This document shows, piece by piece, positions 35,709 through 46,632 of a stretch of 64,000 bases of DNA. The DNA is from Alphaproteobacteria bacterium MarineAlpha5_Bin5. GTDB taxonomy: Bacteria; Pseudomonadota; Alphaproteobacteria; HIMB59; GCA-002718135. The DNA lies in the NCBI GenBank assembly GCA_002938205.1, contig PTKZ01000006.1, positions 4,805 to 68,804 on the forward strand, read 5' to 3'. The number at the start of each line of letters is the position of its first letter. Position 1 is the first letter of the stretch. Made by a program: the position numbers and the translations under genes. The notes under the pieces were generated by a model, which saw nothing but the letters and a program-made list of their open reading frames with translations, searched no databases and was not told where the DNA came from.

Positions 35709-36938
35709 ATGAGTAAAGTAGCAATTATCGGTGCAGGCATAATTGGCATCTGCATTGCTCATTTTTTAAAAAAAGGCGGCCATCATGTAACTGTGTATGA
35801 TCAAAGTGATCCTGGAACCCAAACATCTTTCGGAAATGCAGGTCTATTTGCAGCTCATGAATGTATTACTGCTAACTCTCCTCATTTATGGAAAAATTTA
35901 CCAAGTATGTTACTTAACAAGAATAGTCCTTTGGTAATTGACTGGTTTTATGTTGCGAAACACCTACCATGGACAATTAGATTTTTAAGAAACTGTACTT
36001 CAGCTAGGGTTGAGCATATAGCAAAATCTCTAAGTTCATTTTCATCGCATGCAGAACTTGCTTATGAAGAAATATTTGGTGAAGTGGATGTATCAAATAA
36101 CATAGTCAATAAAGAACCAATTTTGCTTTATGAATCAAAGGAATTGTTTAAAAAAAATCAATATGCTCTTAATTTAAGAAAAAAAAATAATGTTCATTTT
36201 AATATAATCAGCAAGGAAGACATTACAAAAATAGAACCACATCTCGAATCTATATATTACAATGGAATAATTCTTAAGGGGGAGAGATTTACAAAATCTC
36301 CTTTATTAATAACAAAAAAAATATTTGATAATTTTATAAAAAACGGAGGTTGTTTTGTTAAATCAAAAATTAAATCTATTGTAAATAAAGATAATTCTCT
36401 TTTTCTTCAATATGAAGCAAAAGAAAAAGAGTTCGATAAAATAGTAATTGCCGCAGGAGTGTGGTCTAACATGTTAGCTCGTACAATTGGTGATAATTTT
36501 CCTCTTGATACTGAGCGAGGATATCACATAGAATTTGAAGATAGAAATAATCTTCTGACTCATCCAATAGGATGGGCTAAAACAGGTTTTTATATGACGC
36601 CAATGGAAGGCGGTATAAGGGCTGCGGGAACCGTTGAAATTGCAGGATTAAAAAAACCCATGAATAATGATATGCTATCTATGATTGAAAAAACTGCAAG
36701 ATCTATTTTGCCACAATTAGGAAAAGTCAAAAGTCAATGGATGGGATTTAGACCCACTCTGCCTGATTCATTACCAGTAATAGGCAAGTCACGAAAATGT
36801 AATAATGTTTATTATGCTTTTGGCCATCAGCATCTAGGTTTGTCTTTGGGTGCAGTTACAGGAAAAGTAATACGTTCATTAATTGACAAGAAAAATACAA
36901 ATATTAATATTGACGCACTAAATCCTTATAGATTTTAA
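35709..36938 (+). CDS. FAD-dependent oxidoreductase, D-amino-acid dehydrogenase (DadA)-like
   Basis: VAIIGAGIIGICIAHFL is the dinucleotide-binding fold, the length is ~410 aa, and the C-terminal region is GHQHLGLSLGAVTG. Confidence 0.7.
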   Translation: MSKVAIIGAGIIGICIAHFLKKGGHHVTVYDQSDPGTQTSFGNAGLFAAHECITANSPHLWKNLPSMLLNKNSPLVIDWFYVAKHLPWTIRFLRNCTSARVEHIAKSLSSFSSHAELAYEEIFGEVDVSNNIVNKEPILLYESKELFKKNQYALNLRKKNNVHFNIISKEDITKIEPHLESIYYNGIILKGERFTKSPLLITKKIFDNFIKNGGCFVKSKIKSIVNKDNSLFLQYEAKEKEFDKIVIAAGVWSNMLARTIGDNFPLDTERGYHIEFEDRNNLLTHPIGWAKTGFYMTPMEGGIRAAGTVEIAGLKKPMNNDMLSMIEKTARSILPQLGKVKSQWMGFRPTLPDSLPVIGKSRKCNNVYYAFGHQHLGLSLGAVTGKVIRSLIDKKNTNINIDALNPYRF

Positions 36939-36998
36939 AAAAATAATTTAATTTATGTTTTCAAACATAGATGATAATATAAAGAAATATCTTTAATT

Positions 36999-37283
36999 AT
37001 GAATTCTCTTCTTGGCCTTATCATTCAGATAATAAATCTTTATCAATTTGTATTAATAATTTACATTATTGCAACATGGTTGATTAGTTTTAATATTGTC
37101 AATACCTCCAATCGTTTTGTCTATAGTGTAATGACAGCACTATATCGTTTATGTGAGCCTAGTTTGCGATTCATAAGACAGTATTTGCCAAGCTTGGGTT
37201 CAATTGATATTTCTCCTGTAATTGTTTACTTGTTGTTATGGTTTTTAAAAAGTTTATTAATTGAGTATTGGCCGAGGTATTAA
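36999..37283 (+). CDS. yggT: YggT family membrane protein
   Basis: A 94-aa protein with two TM segments and a YggT-typical pattern ([18 protein letters not shown]...[11 protein letters not shown]). Confidence 0.7.
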   Translation: MNSLLGLIIQIINLYQFVLIIYIIATWLISFNIVNTSNRFVYSVMTALYRLCEPSLRFIRQYLPSLGSIDISPVIVYLLLWFLKSLLIEYWPRY

Positions 37284-38170
37284 TGACAAGCATTATTAAC
37301 GGAAAGGAAATTGCACAAAATCTTCGTGACAAAATTAAAAATGAAATCATTGAACTTAAAAATATATACAATTCTGTTCCAGGATTGGCGGTAGTTCAAG
37401 TTGGAAATGTTGCGGCCAGTAGTGTTTATGTTAAGGCAAAAACTAAAAGTGCTAATGAGGTAGGAATAAAAGTTTTTGATCACCATTTAGAGGAAAATAT
37501 AAACCAAGATGATTTGCTTAAACTAATTGAAAAACTTAATAACCAAATAAATGTAAATGGAATACTTGTTCAATTACCATTACCAAAACACATAAACGAG
37601 CAAATTGTATTGGATTCAATTGATCCATCAAAAGATGCTGATGGTTTTCATCCATTAAATGTTGGTAAACTATCAATAGCAAGCCATAATGATGAAAACT
37701 TGCTTATTCCTTGCACTCCTTATGGATGCTTACTTATGCTTAAAGAATTGGGAATTGAGCTATCTGGTAAAAATGCTGTTGTTATAGGGCGTTCAAATAT
37801 CGTTGGCAAACCTATGGCACAACTTTTGTTAAAAGAATCTTGTACCGTTACTATAGCTCATTCAAAAACTAATGATTTACCAAACGTATGTAAAAATGCT
37901 GATATACTAGTAGCGGCAGTAGGTAGACCAGAAATGGTAAAGGGGGATTGGATAAAAAAGGGAGCAATTGTTATAGATGTTGGTATTAATAGAATTGACA
38001 TTAATAAAGACGGAGAAATAAAAACTAAGTTAGTTGGAGATGTAAAATATTCTGAAGCGGAGAAGTATGCTTATGCGATTACTCCAGTTCCTGGCGGAGT
38101 TGGACCAATGACAATTGCTTGTTTATTAAGAAATACAACTATTGCATTCAAAAATTCTAATTTATCTTAA
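37283..38170 (+). CDS. folD: bifunctional methylenetetrahydrofolate dehydrogenase/cyclohydrolase
   Basis: [34 protein letters not shown] and PGGVGPMT are present. The start is the ATG at 37283, a TAATG overlap with yggT. Confidence 0.93.
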   Translation: MTSIINGKEIAQNLRDKIKNEIIELKNIYNSVPGLAVVQVGNVAASSVYVKAKTKSANEVGIKVFDHHLEENINQDDLLKLIEKLNNQINVNGILVQLPLPKHINEQIVLDSIDPSKDADGFHPLNVGKLSIASHNDENLLIPCTPYGCLLMLKELGIELSGKNAVVIGRSNIVGKPMAQLLLKESCTVTIAHSKTNDLPNVCKNADILVAAVGRPEMVKGDWIKKGAIVIDVGINRIDINKDGEIKTKLVGDVKYSEAEKYAYAITPVPGGVGPMTIACLLRNTTIAFKNSNLS

Positions 38171-38173
38171 AAT

Positions 38174-39145
38174 TTAAATAAGATGTAATATTATTTCTTC
38201 CCATTTTTTTGTTATAACTTTAGGTGAATAAAATTGGTCAACATATCTTTGACCTTCAGTTATTTTTGAAATTGCTAAATCACTATTATTTTTTAGCCAA
38301 TGAAAACCATCTTTAATTTCTCCAAAATAAGTAATATCTTTAAATTCACTAAACTGCTTTACTTTGCTTAAAATAACAAACCTGCCAAGATTAATAGAAT
38401 CGATTATTCTATTTGAAGATTTTACTAGTCTTTCCTTGTCCTCGCTATATGGAATTATCACTATGTCTGAATTAATTATCTTATTATTATAATCTAAATC
38501 CCATAGGATATATTCGATATTAATATTTTTTATTTTTTGGGCATCAACATAAGTTTTTAATTCAGTAATAAAATTAGTTATAATTTTTAGATTAATTTTT
38601 AAACCAGTTTCATCAATTTTAGGAAGTTCATTTATTAGTGTATCATGATTTGAATTCATTCCAAACCAAACTGCATTAAATGGATAACAGATTTTTTTAC
38701 ATATTTTTTCTTTTCTAAATCGTAGCATATCAGGAACAACTTTTGCTATTCTATTAATATTTTTTTTTAAAACTAATGCCGCAGTATCAGTTTTAACTAC
38801 TATTTCATCTGAAAACTTAGCTATTGGCATATTAATTGTAGTATTATCTGTTTTGCTATTTGAATCAAAATTCCAATCATCAAATATTGATATTATTTTA
38901 ATTTTTTTTTCTTTGGCATATTTTAATAAATTTAAAACATGTGAATGAAATACTTTCGATACTATAATTATTTTAGGAGAAAATTTTTCTATAGTTTTTT
39001 TTACGTCATGATAATTTAAAAAAATACATTTTTTTATCCCTAAAATATCTGCAGGCATAATACCTCCAACTACATAACTTGGTATTCTATTTGGTGTAGG
39101 GTGACTAAAAACCCAAAGCACATGATTAAAGTTTTTATCTTTCAT
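38174..39145 (-). CDS. hypothetical protein, possibly a GT-B-type glycosyltransferase
   Basis: 323 aa. The C-terminal segment VKSSNRIIDSINLGRFVILS resembles the KS.NR...A...G.PV pattern of some GT1-like enzymes. The similarity is weak and unverified. Confidence 0.3.
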   Translation of the reverse strand: MKDKNFNHVLWVFSHPTPNRIPSYVVGGIMPADILGIKKCIFLNYHDVKKTIEKFSPKIIIVSKVFHSHVLNLLKYAKEKKIKIISIFDDWNFDSNSKTDNTTINMPIAKFSDEIVVKTDTAALVLKKNINRIAKVVPDMLRFRKEKICKKICYPFNAVWFGMNSNHDTLINELPKIDETGLKINLKIITNFITELKTYVDAQKIKNINIEYILWDLDYNNKIINSDIVIIPYSEDKERLVKSSNRIIDSINLGRFVILSKVKQFSEFKDITYFGEIKDGFHWLKNNSDLAISKITEGQRYVDQFYSPKVITKKWEEIILHLI

Positions 39146-39171
39146 AATAATTTTTAAAAAATAATTTTTAA

Positions 39172-40365
39172 TTATTTCTTAAAATTTTTTTTAAGTCTTA
39201 AAGCATTTATCTTAATAAACCCTTCTGCATCTTTTTGATTATAATCTCCTATTTCATCAAATGAAACTAAAGAAAGATCATATTTACTAAAAGGAGATCT
39301 TCTACCTAATATTATAACATTCCCTTTATAAACTTTTAATTTGACATCGCCGGTTACATTTTCTTGAGTTGAGTCAATAAGTTTTTGCATTGCTATTCTT
39401 TCAGACGAAAACCATAAACCATTATAAATTGTTTCGGCATATTTTGGCATAATCTCATCTTTTAAATGAGCTTCTCCTCGATCTAAAGTGATGCTTTCTA
39501 TAGCTCGACGAGCTTTTAAAAGTATTGTTCCGCCTGGAGTTTCATATACGCCTCTTGATTTCATTCCAACAAAGCGGTTTTCCACAATGTCTTCTCTTCC
39601 AATTCCATGATTAAATCCAAGATTATTTAATTTTAATAGCAATTGATCTGGCTTAAGTTTGTTTTCATTAATTGCAATAGGATCTCCATTTTTAAAAGAA
39701 ATTGTAAGTTCATCAGGTTCTGATTGTGCATTTTCTAAAGATTTTGTTCTTGAAAAAATGTATTCAGGTGCTTCTATCCAAGGATCTTCTAATATTTTTC
39801 CTTCTGAGGATGTGTGAAGTAAGTTAGCATCAGTGCTAAATGGCGCTTCTCCCTTTTTATCTTTCGGAACTTGTATCTGGTTTTTTTCTGCAAAATTAAT
39901 TAAGTCTGAGCGAGATTTTAATGTCCACTCTCTCCATGGTGAAATTATTTTTATTTTAGAATTAATTGCATAGTAACCTAATTCAAATCTTACTTGATCA
40001 TTCCCTTTGCCTGTTGCACCATGAGCAACTGCATCTGCTCCGACTTCTTCTGCGATTTCAATTTGTCTTTTAGCTATTAATGGTCTCGCTATTGCTGTGC
40101 CAAGAAAGTATGAGCCTTCGTATAAAGTATTTGCTCGGAACATTGGAAAAACATAATTGCGAACAAAATCTTCTTTTAAATCTTCTATAAAAATTTCATT
40201 TACTCCAAGTGCCTTGGCTTTATCTTGAATCAAATCTAGCTCTTCAATTTCTCCAAGATCGGCTGTAAAAGTCACTACTGGACATTGATAATTTGTTTGC
40301 AACCATTTGAGAATTACACTAGTGTCTAAGCCTCCAGAATATGCTAATACAATTTTTTTTGGCAT
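39172..40365 (-). CDS. argG: argininosuccinate synthase
   Basis: AYSGGLDTS (PP-loop), [13 protein letters not shown] and a length of ~397 aa. Confidence 0.95.
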   Translation of the reverse strand: MPKKIVLAYSGGLDTSVILKWLQTNYQCPVVTFTADLGEIEELDLIQDKAKALGVNEIFIEDLKEDFVRNYVFPMFRANTLYEGSYFLGTAIARPLIAKRQIEIAEEVGADAVAHGATGKGNDQVRFELGYYAINSKIKIISPWREWTLKSRSDLINFAEKNQIQVPKDKKGEAPFSTDANLLHTSSEGKILEDPWIEAPEYIFSRTKSLENAQSEPDELTISFKNGDPIAINENKLKPDQLLLKLNNLGFNHGIGREDIVENRFVGMKSRGVYETPGGTILLKARRAIESITLDRGEAHLKDEIMPKYAETIYNGLWFSSERIAMQKLIDSTQENVTGDVKLKVYKGNVIILGRRSPFSKYDLSLVSFDEIGDYNQKDAEGFIKINALRLKKNFKK

Positions 40366-40367
40366 AA

Positions 40368-40838
40368 TTAACAGTCTTTATTCAGTTGATTAATTGCTGA
40401 GGTAAAACCTTTTAATGTATAAGTATCATTTGTTAATGTTCCTCTGCTCGACTTTCCAGTTAAAATAAGATCTAACCCTTTTTTCATAGCATAAATAACT
40501 TTCTTATCATCGTCAGTCCAAGCTGTATCTGGGGAATCTTCTGTTGAATAAAAGTTATATTCACCTTTATCAATCTTAACTACAATATCTGATTCAAGAT
40601 TATAATTATATCCCGCTTCTACTTGAATTATATTCTCATCATTACCGATTAATTTGTAAACAATTATATAATTATCTCCTCTTTTTTTATTTTCTGGCAA
40701 ATCTGTTTTTAAAGGCAGGCTTCCTATATAGCACCAATCATCATCTTTAACAAAAGTCCACTTGCCCTTTTCAAGTGAATGGGCTGAAATTGGGATAATT
40801 AGTAAAATTAAAGCAATTATGCGATGTATATTTTTCAT
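40368..40838 (-). CDS. secreted hypothetical protein, possibly IalB-like
   Basis: It has a signal peptide ([15 protein letters not shown]) and a C-terminal [29 protein letters not shown], reminiscent of the IalB-family SLKGF..A motif. Confidence 0.35.
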   Translation of the reverse strand: MKNIHRIIALILLIIPISAHSLEKGKWTFVKDDDWCYIGSLPLKTDLPENKKRGDNYIIVYKLIGNDENIIQVEAGYNYNLESDIVVKIDKGEYNFYSTEDSPDTAWTDDDKKVIYAMKKGLDLILTGKSSRGTLTNDTYTLKGFTSAINQLNKDC

Positions 40839-40920
40839 TTTTTGATGTTCTAATTTATTATAACATTTGTATGAGTTTTTTTTAAGTATAAAAATATGGC
40901 AATAAAAATTAATAATAATT

Positions 40921-41916
40921 ATGTCTGATATTACAACCTATCTTACGCGTAATAATAATATTGAAAGTACTCATTCAATAAAATGTTTAATTGTAAATTA
41001 TTCAGGAAAAACAATTTATTCGACTAATAATGATGAAGATGTTATTTTTCCAAGATCAGCAATTAAAATCTTTCAAGCAATTCCTTTTGCAAGTTCAGGT
41101 GCTATAAAGAAATATAGTTTAAATAAAAAACAAATTGCATTATCATGCTCTTCACATATTGGTGAAGAATTCCACTTAATAGAATTATCTAATTGGTTTA
41201 AAAAATTAAAGATACCTTTACAATCTTTAAAATGCGGAATTCATAATCCTATAAATCTTGCATCATCAAATAAATTATTACTTTCAGGCTCTAAGCCAAA
41301 TCAGCTACACAACAATTGTTCAGGGAAGCATCTAGGGATGCTTTCAGCAACTATAATGAATAAATTAGACATTAAATCTTATTTAGATTTTACTCATCCA
41401 GTACAAAAGGATATAAGACGCAAGCTTGAAATTTTCTCTGAAAGTAAAATTAAAAAAAATAATTTTTCTTTAGATGGTTGTAGCGCTCCACAATATGGAC
41501 TTAAAATTAAAGATGTGGCAAGAGCACTTATAAACTTAAACAAAAGTATAAAAAATAAATTTAGTTATTCCGATATAATAATAAATTTAATGTCAGCAAT
41601 TCTAAATAATCCTAAATATATTGGAGGTACTAATAATTTAGATTCTGATTTGATATCTATTTCTAATAAAAAAATTTTTTGCAAAGGTGGGGCTGAAGGA
41701 ATATTTCTTTTTGTGCACTTAAAAAATAATATTGTGGGTGTTCTAAAGGTAAAAGATGGAAATCAGCGAGCATTACCTTCTTCCTTGATTGCAGTTTTGG
41801 ATAAATTAAAAATATTACCTAGTGAAAGAGTTCAAGCCTTAAAAAGAAAACAAATTGCTAAAATAAGAAACCATGCAGGTAATATAATTGGTTCTATATT
41901 TACAGAATTAAATTAA
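40921..41916 (+). CDS. asparaginase II family (PF06089-like) protein
   Basis: RSAIKIFQAIPF, CSSHIGEEFH and NNCSGKHLGML are present. Confidence 0.65.
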   Translation: MSDITTYLTRNNNIESTHSIKCLIVNYSGKTIYSTNNDEDVIFPRSAIKIFQAIPFASSGAIKKYSLNKKQIALSCSSHIGEEFHLIELSNWFKKLKIPLQSLKCGIHNPINLASSNKLLLSGSKPNQLHNNCSGKHLGMLSATIMNKLDIKSYLDFTHPVQKDIRRKLEIFSESKIKKNNFSLDGCSAPQYGLKIKDVARALINLNKSIKNKFSYSDIIINLMSAILNNPKYIGGTNNLDSDLISISNKKIFCKGGAEGIFLFVHLKNNIVGVLKVKDGNQRALPSSLIAVLDKLKILPSERVQALKRKQIAKIRNHAGNIIGSIFTELN

Positions 41917-41922
41917 TAAATC

Positions 41923-42792
41923 ATGAATTACAAATTAATTAAATTAATTAATAAATTAATTAAAGATGAAAAATTAATAAATATTAATGTTTTAGGCAAA
42001 ACTAGAAATAGAAAAATATTAAAAATTAAAACTAATAATAATAATTATATTCTCAAATTTTTTACGAAGCCAATGTTACATAAACCTATTGAAGCTGAAA
42101 AGAAAAATCTAATCTATTTTAAAAATAAGAATATTAATTTTTTTCCAAATGTATTTAATTACTCTAATGAATATTTACTATTGGAATATATTGATAATGA
42201 CGGCATTAGATCAAAAGTCGTTCAACAAGATTTTATTGAAAAATTAATAAAAATACACTCTTTTACTGCCGATAAATATGGTTTTGATTTTGTAACTAAT
42301 ATTGGGAGCAGTAAACAAATAAATACATTTAATACAAACTGGATTGATTTTTTTATTAATCAAAGATTCATAATTACTTTTGAACAAATTAATAAAAAAA
42401 ATCCAATGCCACGCAATATAAATATCGGCATTGAGAAAGTTATAAAACAAATTCATAACTTTTTACCCAAAAATCCTCCTTCTAAATTACTGCATGGTGA
42501 TATTTGGCCAGGCAATATTTTATATAAAAATCAAAAAGTAGTTAGCTTTATAGACCCTGGATCCTTATATGGTCATGCTGAGATGGAAATTGCATATTTA
42601 AAATGGATGGATAATAAATATTTTAATGATAGATTTCTTGACCAATATAGTGACATAAATAAAATTGAAAAAAATGAGTATTTCTCTTATGAGTTTATTT
42701 ACCAAATATATTTTTCATTAATAAATATAAACACTTGGAACAGAGCATATATTAAAGATCTAAATAATATGTTAAAAAATATTAGATTATAA
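41923..42792 (+). CDS. fructosamine/ketosamine-3-kinase family protein
   Basis: LLHGDIWPGNILY...FIDPGSLYGHAEMEIAYL is the kinase catalytic/activation pattern of that family. Confidence 0.7.
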   Translation: MNYKLIKLINKLIKDEKLININVLGKTRNRKILKIKTNNNNYILKFFTKPMLHKPIEAEKKNLIYFKNKNINFFPNVFNYSNEYLLLEYIDNDGIRSKVVQQDFIEKLIKIHSFTADKYGFDFVTNIGSSKQINTFNTNWIDFFINQRFIITFEQINKKNPMPRNINIGIEKVIKQIHNFLPKNPPSKLLHGDIWPGNILYKNQKVVSFIDPGSLYGHAEMEIAYLKWMDNKYFNDRFLDQYSDINKIEKNEYFSYEFIYQIYFSLININTWNRAYIKDLNNMLKNIRL

Positions 42793-42794
42793 TT

Positions 42795-44687
42795 ATGTGC
42801 GGTATTAATGGAATTTTATTTAAAAAAAATAATGTAGAATTTGAAAAAATCTACACTATGAATAAAATGTTGCAGCATCGTGGGCCTGATCAATCTGGTA
42901 GTATGCAACATAATAATCTACTATTAGGTCATACACGTTTATCTATCTTGGATTTATCAGAAAAAGGCTCCCAGCCTATGTCAAATGACGGTCGATATTG
43001 GATAATTTATAATGGTGAGGTTTACAATTATTTAGAAATAAAAGAAGAGCTACTAAGCAAAAATTATAAATTTTATTCAAGCACAGATACTGAGGTTGTT
43101 TTAAATGCATATGCTGAATGGGGGGAAAAATGTTTTGAAAAATTTAACGGAGAGTGGGCACTGGCTATTCTTGATAAAAAAGAAAATAATTTGATCATAT
43201 CCCGTGATGGCATTGGCTATAAACCATGTTATATTTTTGAGAATGAAGAATTTTTTTCATTTAGTTCTGAAATAAAGCCATTTTTTTGTTTAAAGAAATC
43301 ACTGAATTTTAATTCTGCTAATCTAGGCATAGCATCAGAATCTTTATTTTATAGCTCTAATACTATATTTGAAAATGTATCACAATTAACGCAGGGCAGG
43401 TTAATTAAAATAGATTTAAAAACTAATAAAAAACACTTAATAAGATGGGATTTTCCTCTTTCAAAATTACCAAAAATCAGTCCAAGTTATAAAGAAAATT
43501 CAGAAAATTATTTTGATCTTTTATATCAATCTACAAAATTAAGGTTGAGAAGTGATGTTGCTGTAGGAACTTCTTTGAGTGGGGGTTTAGATTCATCTGC
43601 AATCTTTTGTTTATTAAATGTTTTAGATTCAAACAATGAAACTGATCAGACTAAATTAAATTTAAGTCCCATAATAATAGATTATAAAGATATGAAGTCA
43701 AAAAAAGAAGCGTTGCAACTTTCACAAATTTATAAAAGAAAAAGCTTAGTAATTAACGATAAAGAAGAAAGCATAGAAGATACAAAAAAAATAATTTCAA
43801 AATTAGAGACAGCTGAAGAATTTTTTATGCAGTATAACTTATATCGAGCACAAAAAGAAAGAGGTCTTAAAATTAGTATAGATGGTCACGGCTCTGATGA
43901 ATTCTTAGGATACCCTCATTTTATGCCCGAACTATCAGTAGATATTTATAATAATCTAATTAATAACTATAATGCGATTATAGCTTTTGGTAACGATAAT
44001 GCAAAAATGAAGTTTAAAAAATTATTTGGTTTAAATGACAATATTTCAAATGAAATTAGTTTCAAAGCAACACCCAATACAACAAATTATTTTAATGAAT
44101 ATATAGATCACAAAGAATATGATATTTCTTATCAAATCATTAATGAAGATATAGAAAATTTGGATGATTATAGTTATTCTTTAAAATTTACTTATTTAAT
44201 TTCTTATTGTGGGTGGTTTCAATTTTTTCTTAATAAATGGGATAGAGCTTCAATGACAAATTCAATTGAAGTTAGAATGCCTTTTTTGGATCCAAGTGTT
44301 AGATTATTTGGATTGGCCTTAAATACGGAACATAAAATTAAAAACTCAAAATCAAAATCTATATTGCGAGATTCATTTGCAAAATATCTTCCTCAATCAA
44401 TATTGAGCCAAAACTATAAACAAGGACTTACACAACACAAGTTTGATTTTAATTCTTCAAAATATTTAGATTTTGTAAAATTGATTGTTTCAGAAAAAAA
44501 TTTTAGAGAAAACCATCTATGGGATATAAAAAAAATATCTAATGATATTAAACAAAATAAAAACGTAAACAAAATTTGGAGATTATGTAAATATTATTTA
44601 ATGTTAGAAGGTTTCAAAGAAAATTTTGAATCAATTGATAATTCAATTAAACATGAAGAGTCATTCAATCACTTGAGGGAAAGTTAA
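42795..44687 (+). CDS. asparagine synthase (glutamine-hydrolysing) family amidotransferase
   Basis: MCGI supplies the N-terminal nucleophile Cys, with HRGPD and the SLSGGLDSS PP-loop. Confidence 0.8.
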   Translation: MCGINGILFKKNNVEFEKIYTMNKMLQHRGPDQSGSMQHNNLLLGHTRLSILDLSEKGSQPMSNDGRYWIIYNGEVYNYLEIKEELLSKNYKFYSSTDTEVVLNAYAEWGEKCFEKFNGEWALAILDKKENNLIISRDGIGYKPCYIFENEEFFSFSSEIKPFFCLKKSLNFNSANLGIASESLFYSSNTIFENVSQLTQGRLIKIDLKTNKKHLIRWDFPLSKLPKISPSYKENSENYFDLLYQSTKLRLRSDVAVGTSLSGGLDSSAIFCLLNVLDSNNETDQTKLNLSPIIIDYKDMKSKKEALQLSQIYKRKSLVINDKEESIEDTKKIISKLETAEEFFMQYNLYRAQKERGLKISIDGHGSDEFLGYPHFMPELSVDIYNNLINNYNAIIAFGNDNAKMKFKKLFGLNDNISNEISFKATPNTTNYFNEYIDHKEYDISYQIINEDIENLDDYSYSLKFTYLISYCGWFQFFLNKWDRASMTNSIEVRMPFLDPSVRLFGLALNTEHKIKNSKSKSILRDSFAKYLPQSILSQNYKQGLTQHKFDFNSSKYLDFVKLIVSEKNFRENHLWDIKKISNDIKQNKNVNKIWRLCKYYLMLEGFKENFESIDNSIKHEESFNHLRES

Positions 44688-44692
44688 TTTTT

Positions 44693-45745
44693 TTAAACAC
44701 ATGGGTTAGGATCTGATAGATGAATATTCTCTATTTCTTCTAAAATTTCTTTAGATAATTTTATATCTATACTATCAATGTTTTCTTTAAGCTGTTTAAT
44801 TGAAGTAGCTCCAATAATATTACTTGTAACAAATGGTCTGTCATTAACAAAAGCATTAGCAAATGTTGAAGGTGCAATATTATATTTTTTTGATAATTTA
44901 ACATATTTTTCAATAGCTCTTTCTCCTCTTACAGTATGATGTCTTGAAAACCTTTTGGGCCATAAAGTATATCTTGCATTATGTGGATTTATATTCTCAA
45001 TATATTTCCCACTTAGTCTTCCGCCAGCAAGGGGTGAATATGCTAAGAGTCCACATTTTTCGCGAATTGCAACTTCAGAATTAGCAATATCAAAAACCCG
45101 ATTCACCAAACTATAAACATTTTGAATAGACATCATTCTTGGTAATTTTTTTTCTTTTGCTATCTCTAAAAATTTCATTGTTCCCCAAGGAGTTTCATTA
45201 GAAATACCAACATACCGAATTTTACCTGCTTTAACCAAATCATTTAAATTATTTAAAGTCTCTTCAATGGGAGTCCAATCAATGTCACTAGCATCAAACT
45301 CAAAATCTAATTTACCAAAAAGAGGTACTTTTCTCTCAGGCCAATGAAGTTGATATAAATCTATGTAGTCAGTTTTTAATCTTTTCAAACTTGCATTAAT
45401 TGCTTCATTGATATTTTTTTTATCAAACCCTAATTTAGCTGAACCTCCTCTAATCCATTCAAGGCCATCAGACTTTGATGCAATCTTTGAAGCAAGTATA
45501 ATATTGTTTCTATTTTTTTTCTCTTTAAACCAGTTTCCAATAATTTCTTCAGTTCTGCCATATGTTTCTTTTCTTGGCATAATTGAATATATTTCAGCTG
45601 TATCGAAAAAATTTACCCCCCTTTCAATTGCATAGTTCATTTGACTGAATGCATCATCCTGAGAATTTTGCTCTCCCCAGGTCATAGTTCCTAAACAAAT
45701 AACGCTTACATCAATGTCGGAGGTGCCTAATTTTCTATACTTCAT
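44693..45745 (-). CDS. aldo/keto reductase (Tas-like)
   Basis: LGTMTWGEQ, FDTAEIY, DLYQLHWP and a length of 350 aa. Confidence 0.8.
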   Translation of the reverse strand: MKYRKLGTSDIDVSVICLGTMTWGEQNSQDDAFSQMNYAIERGVNFFDTAEIYSIMPRKETYGRTEEIIGNWFKEKKNRNNIILASKIASKSDGLEWIRGGSAKLGFDKKNINEAINASLKRLKTDYIDLYQLHWPERKVPLFGKLDFEFDASDIDWTPIEETLNNLNDLVKAGKIRYVGISNETPWGTMKFLEIAKEKKLPRMMSIQNVYSLVNRVFDIANSEVAIREKCGLLAYSPLAGGRLSGKYIENINPHNARYTLWPKRFSRHHTVRGERAIEKYVKLSKKYNIAPSTFANAFVNDRPFVTSNIIGATSIKQLKENIDSIDIKLSKEILEEIENIHLSDPNPCV

Positions 45746-45816
45746 AAATATTTAATCGAAATGCCTTGAATTTGTATAATTTATAGCGATATTAGATTTA
45801 AATAAAAGGAGAATTT

Positions 45817-46569
45817 ATGGCTTTAGACTTTAATCAAAGATCTTTTACAAAAACAGCAGATCAGACAGCCATTGATCAAGGCTTAAGAGCTTATATGCTT
45901 AAAGTCTATAATTATATGACTTTGGGTTTGCTTATAACGGGTCTTGTTGCTTATATGTTTGGCAAAGCTTCAATTGTTACAAATGAACTTGGTCAAATAA
46001 TTGGAATCACTGCAATTGGTAATATGTTATTTAATTCACCCTTGCAATGGATAGTAATGCTAGCGCCACTGGGAATGGTTTTTTATTTAAGTTTTCGCAT
46101 AAATAAAATGAGTCTCTCTGCAGCACAAATAACTTTTTGGATTTTTGCTACTTTAATGGGCTTATCGTTAGCCTCAATCTTTATAGTTTATACTGGTGCG
46201 TCAATTACAAGAGTTTTTTTTATTTGTTCTGCTACTTTTGGAGCTATGAGTTTATATGGTTATACAACCAAAAGAGATTTAACTGCAATGGGTGGTTTTT
46301 TAATCATGGGACTGTTTGGTATAATTATAGCAAGTATAGTTAATATTTTCATGCAAAGCCCTGCTATGTATTTTGCGATATCAATTATAGGAGTAATAAT
46401 TTTTGTTGGGCTCACAGCTTATGATACGCAAAAAATAAAAAATATGTATTACGCAGCTGATTCAGAAACTCTAAGTGGTAAAAAGGCAATAATGGGGGCA
46501 TTAACATTATACCTCGACTTTATTAACTTATTTATTATGTTGCTTAGATTATTTGGTCAGAGAAGATAA
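45817..46569 (+). CDS. Bax inhibitor-1/YccA family membrane protein
   Basis: It has 7 TM segments, an N-terminal GLRAYMLKVYNYM and TAYDTQKIK. Confidence 0.8.
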   Translation: MALDFNQRSFTKTADQTAIDQGLRAYMLKVYNYMTLGLLITGLVAYMFGKASIVTNELGQIIGITAIGNMLFNSPLQWIVMLAPLGMVFYLSFRINKMSLSAAQITFWIFATLMGLSLASIFIVYTGASITRVFFICSATFGAMSLYGYTTKRDLTAMGGFLIMGLFGIIIASIVNIFMQSPAMYFAISIIGVIIFVGLTAYDTQKIKNMYYAADSETLSGKKAIMGALTLYLDFINLFIMLLRLFGQRR

Positions 46570-46604
46570 TTTTCTTTAAAATTAATAATTTGTTTTTATT
46601 ATTA

Positions 46605-46632
46605 CCCAGTCTTTAATAGACTGGGTTTTTTT
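46605..46632 (+). terminator. intrinsic terminator
   Basis: An 8-bp stem in cccagtct ttaat agactggg is followed by ttttttt, ending at the next ATG. Confidence 0.7.
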
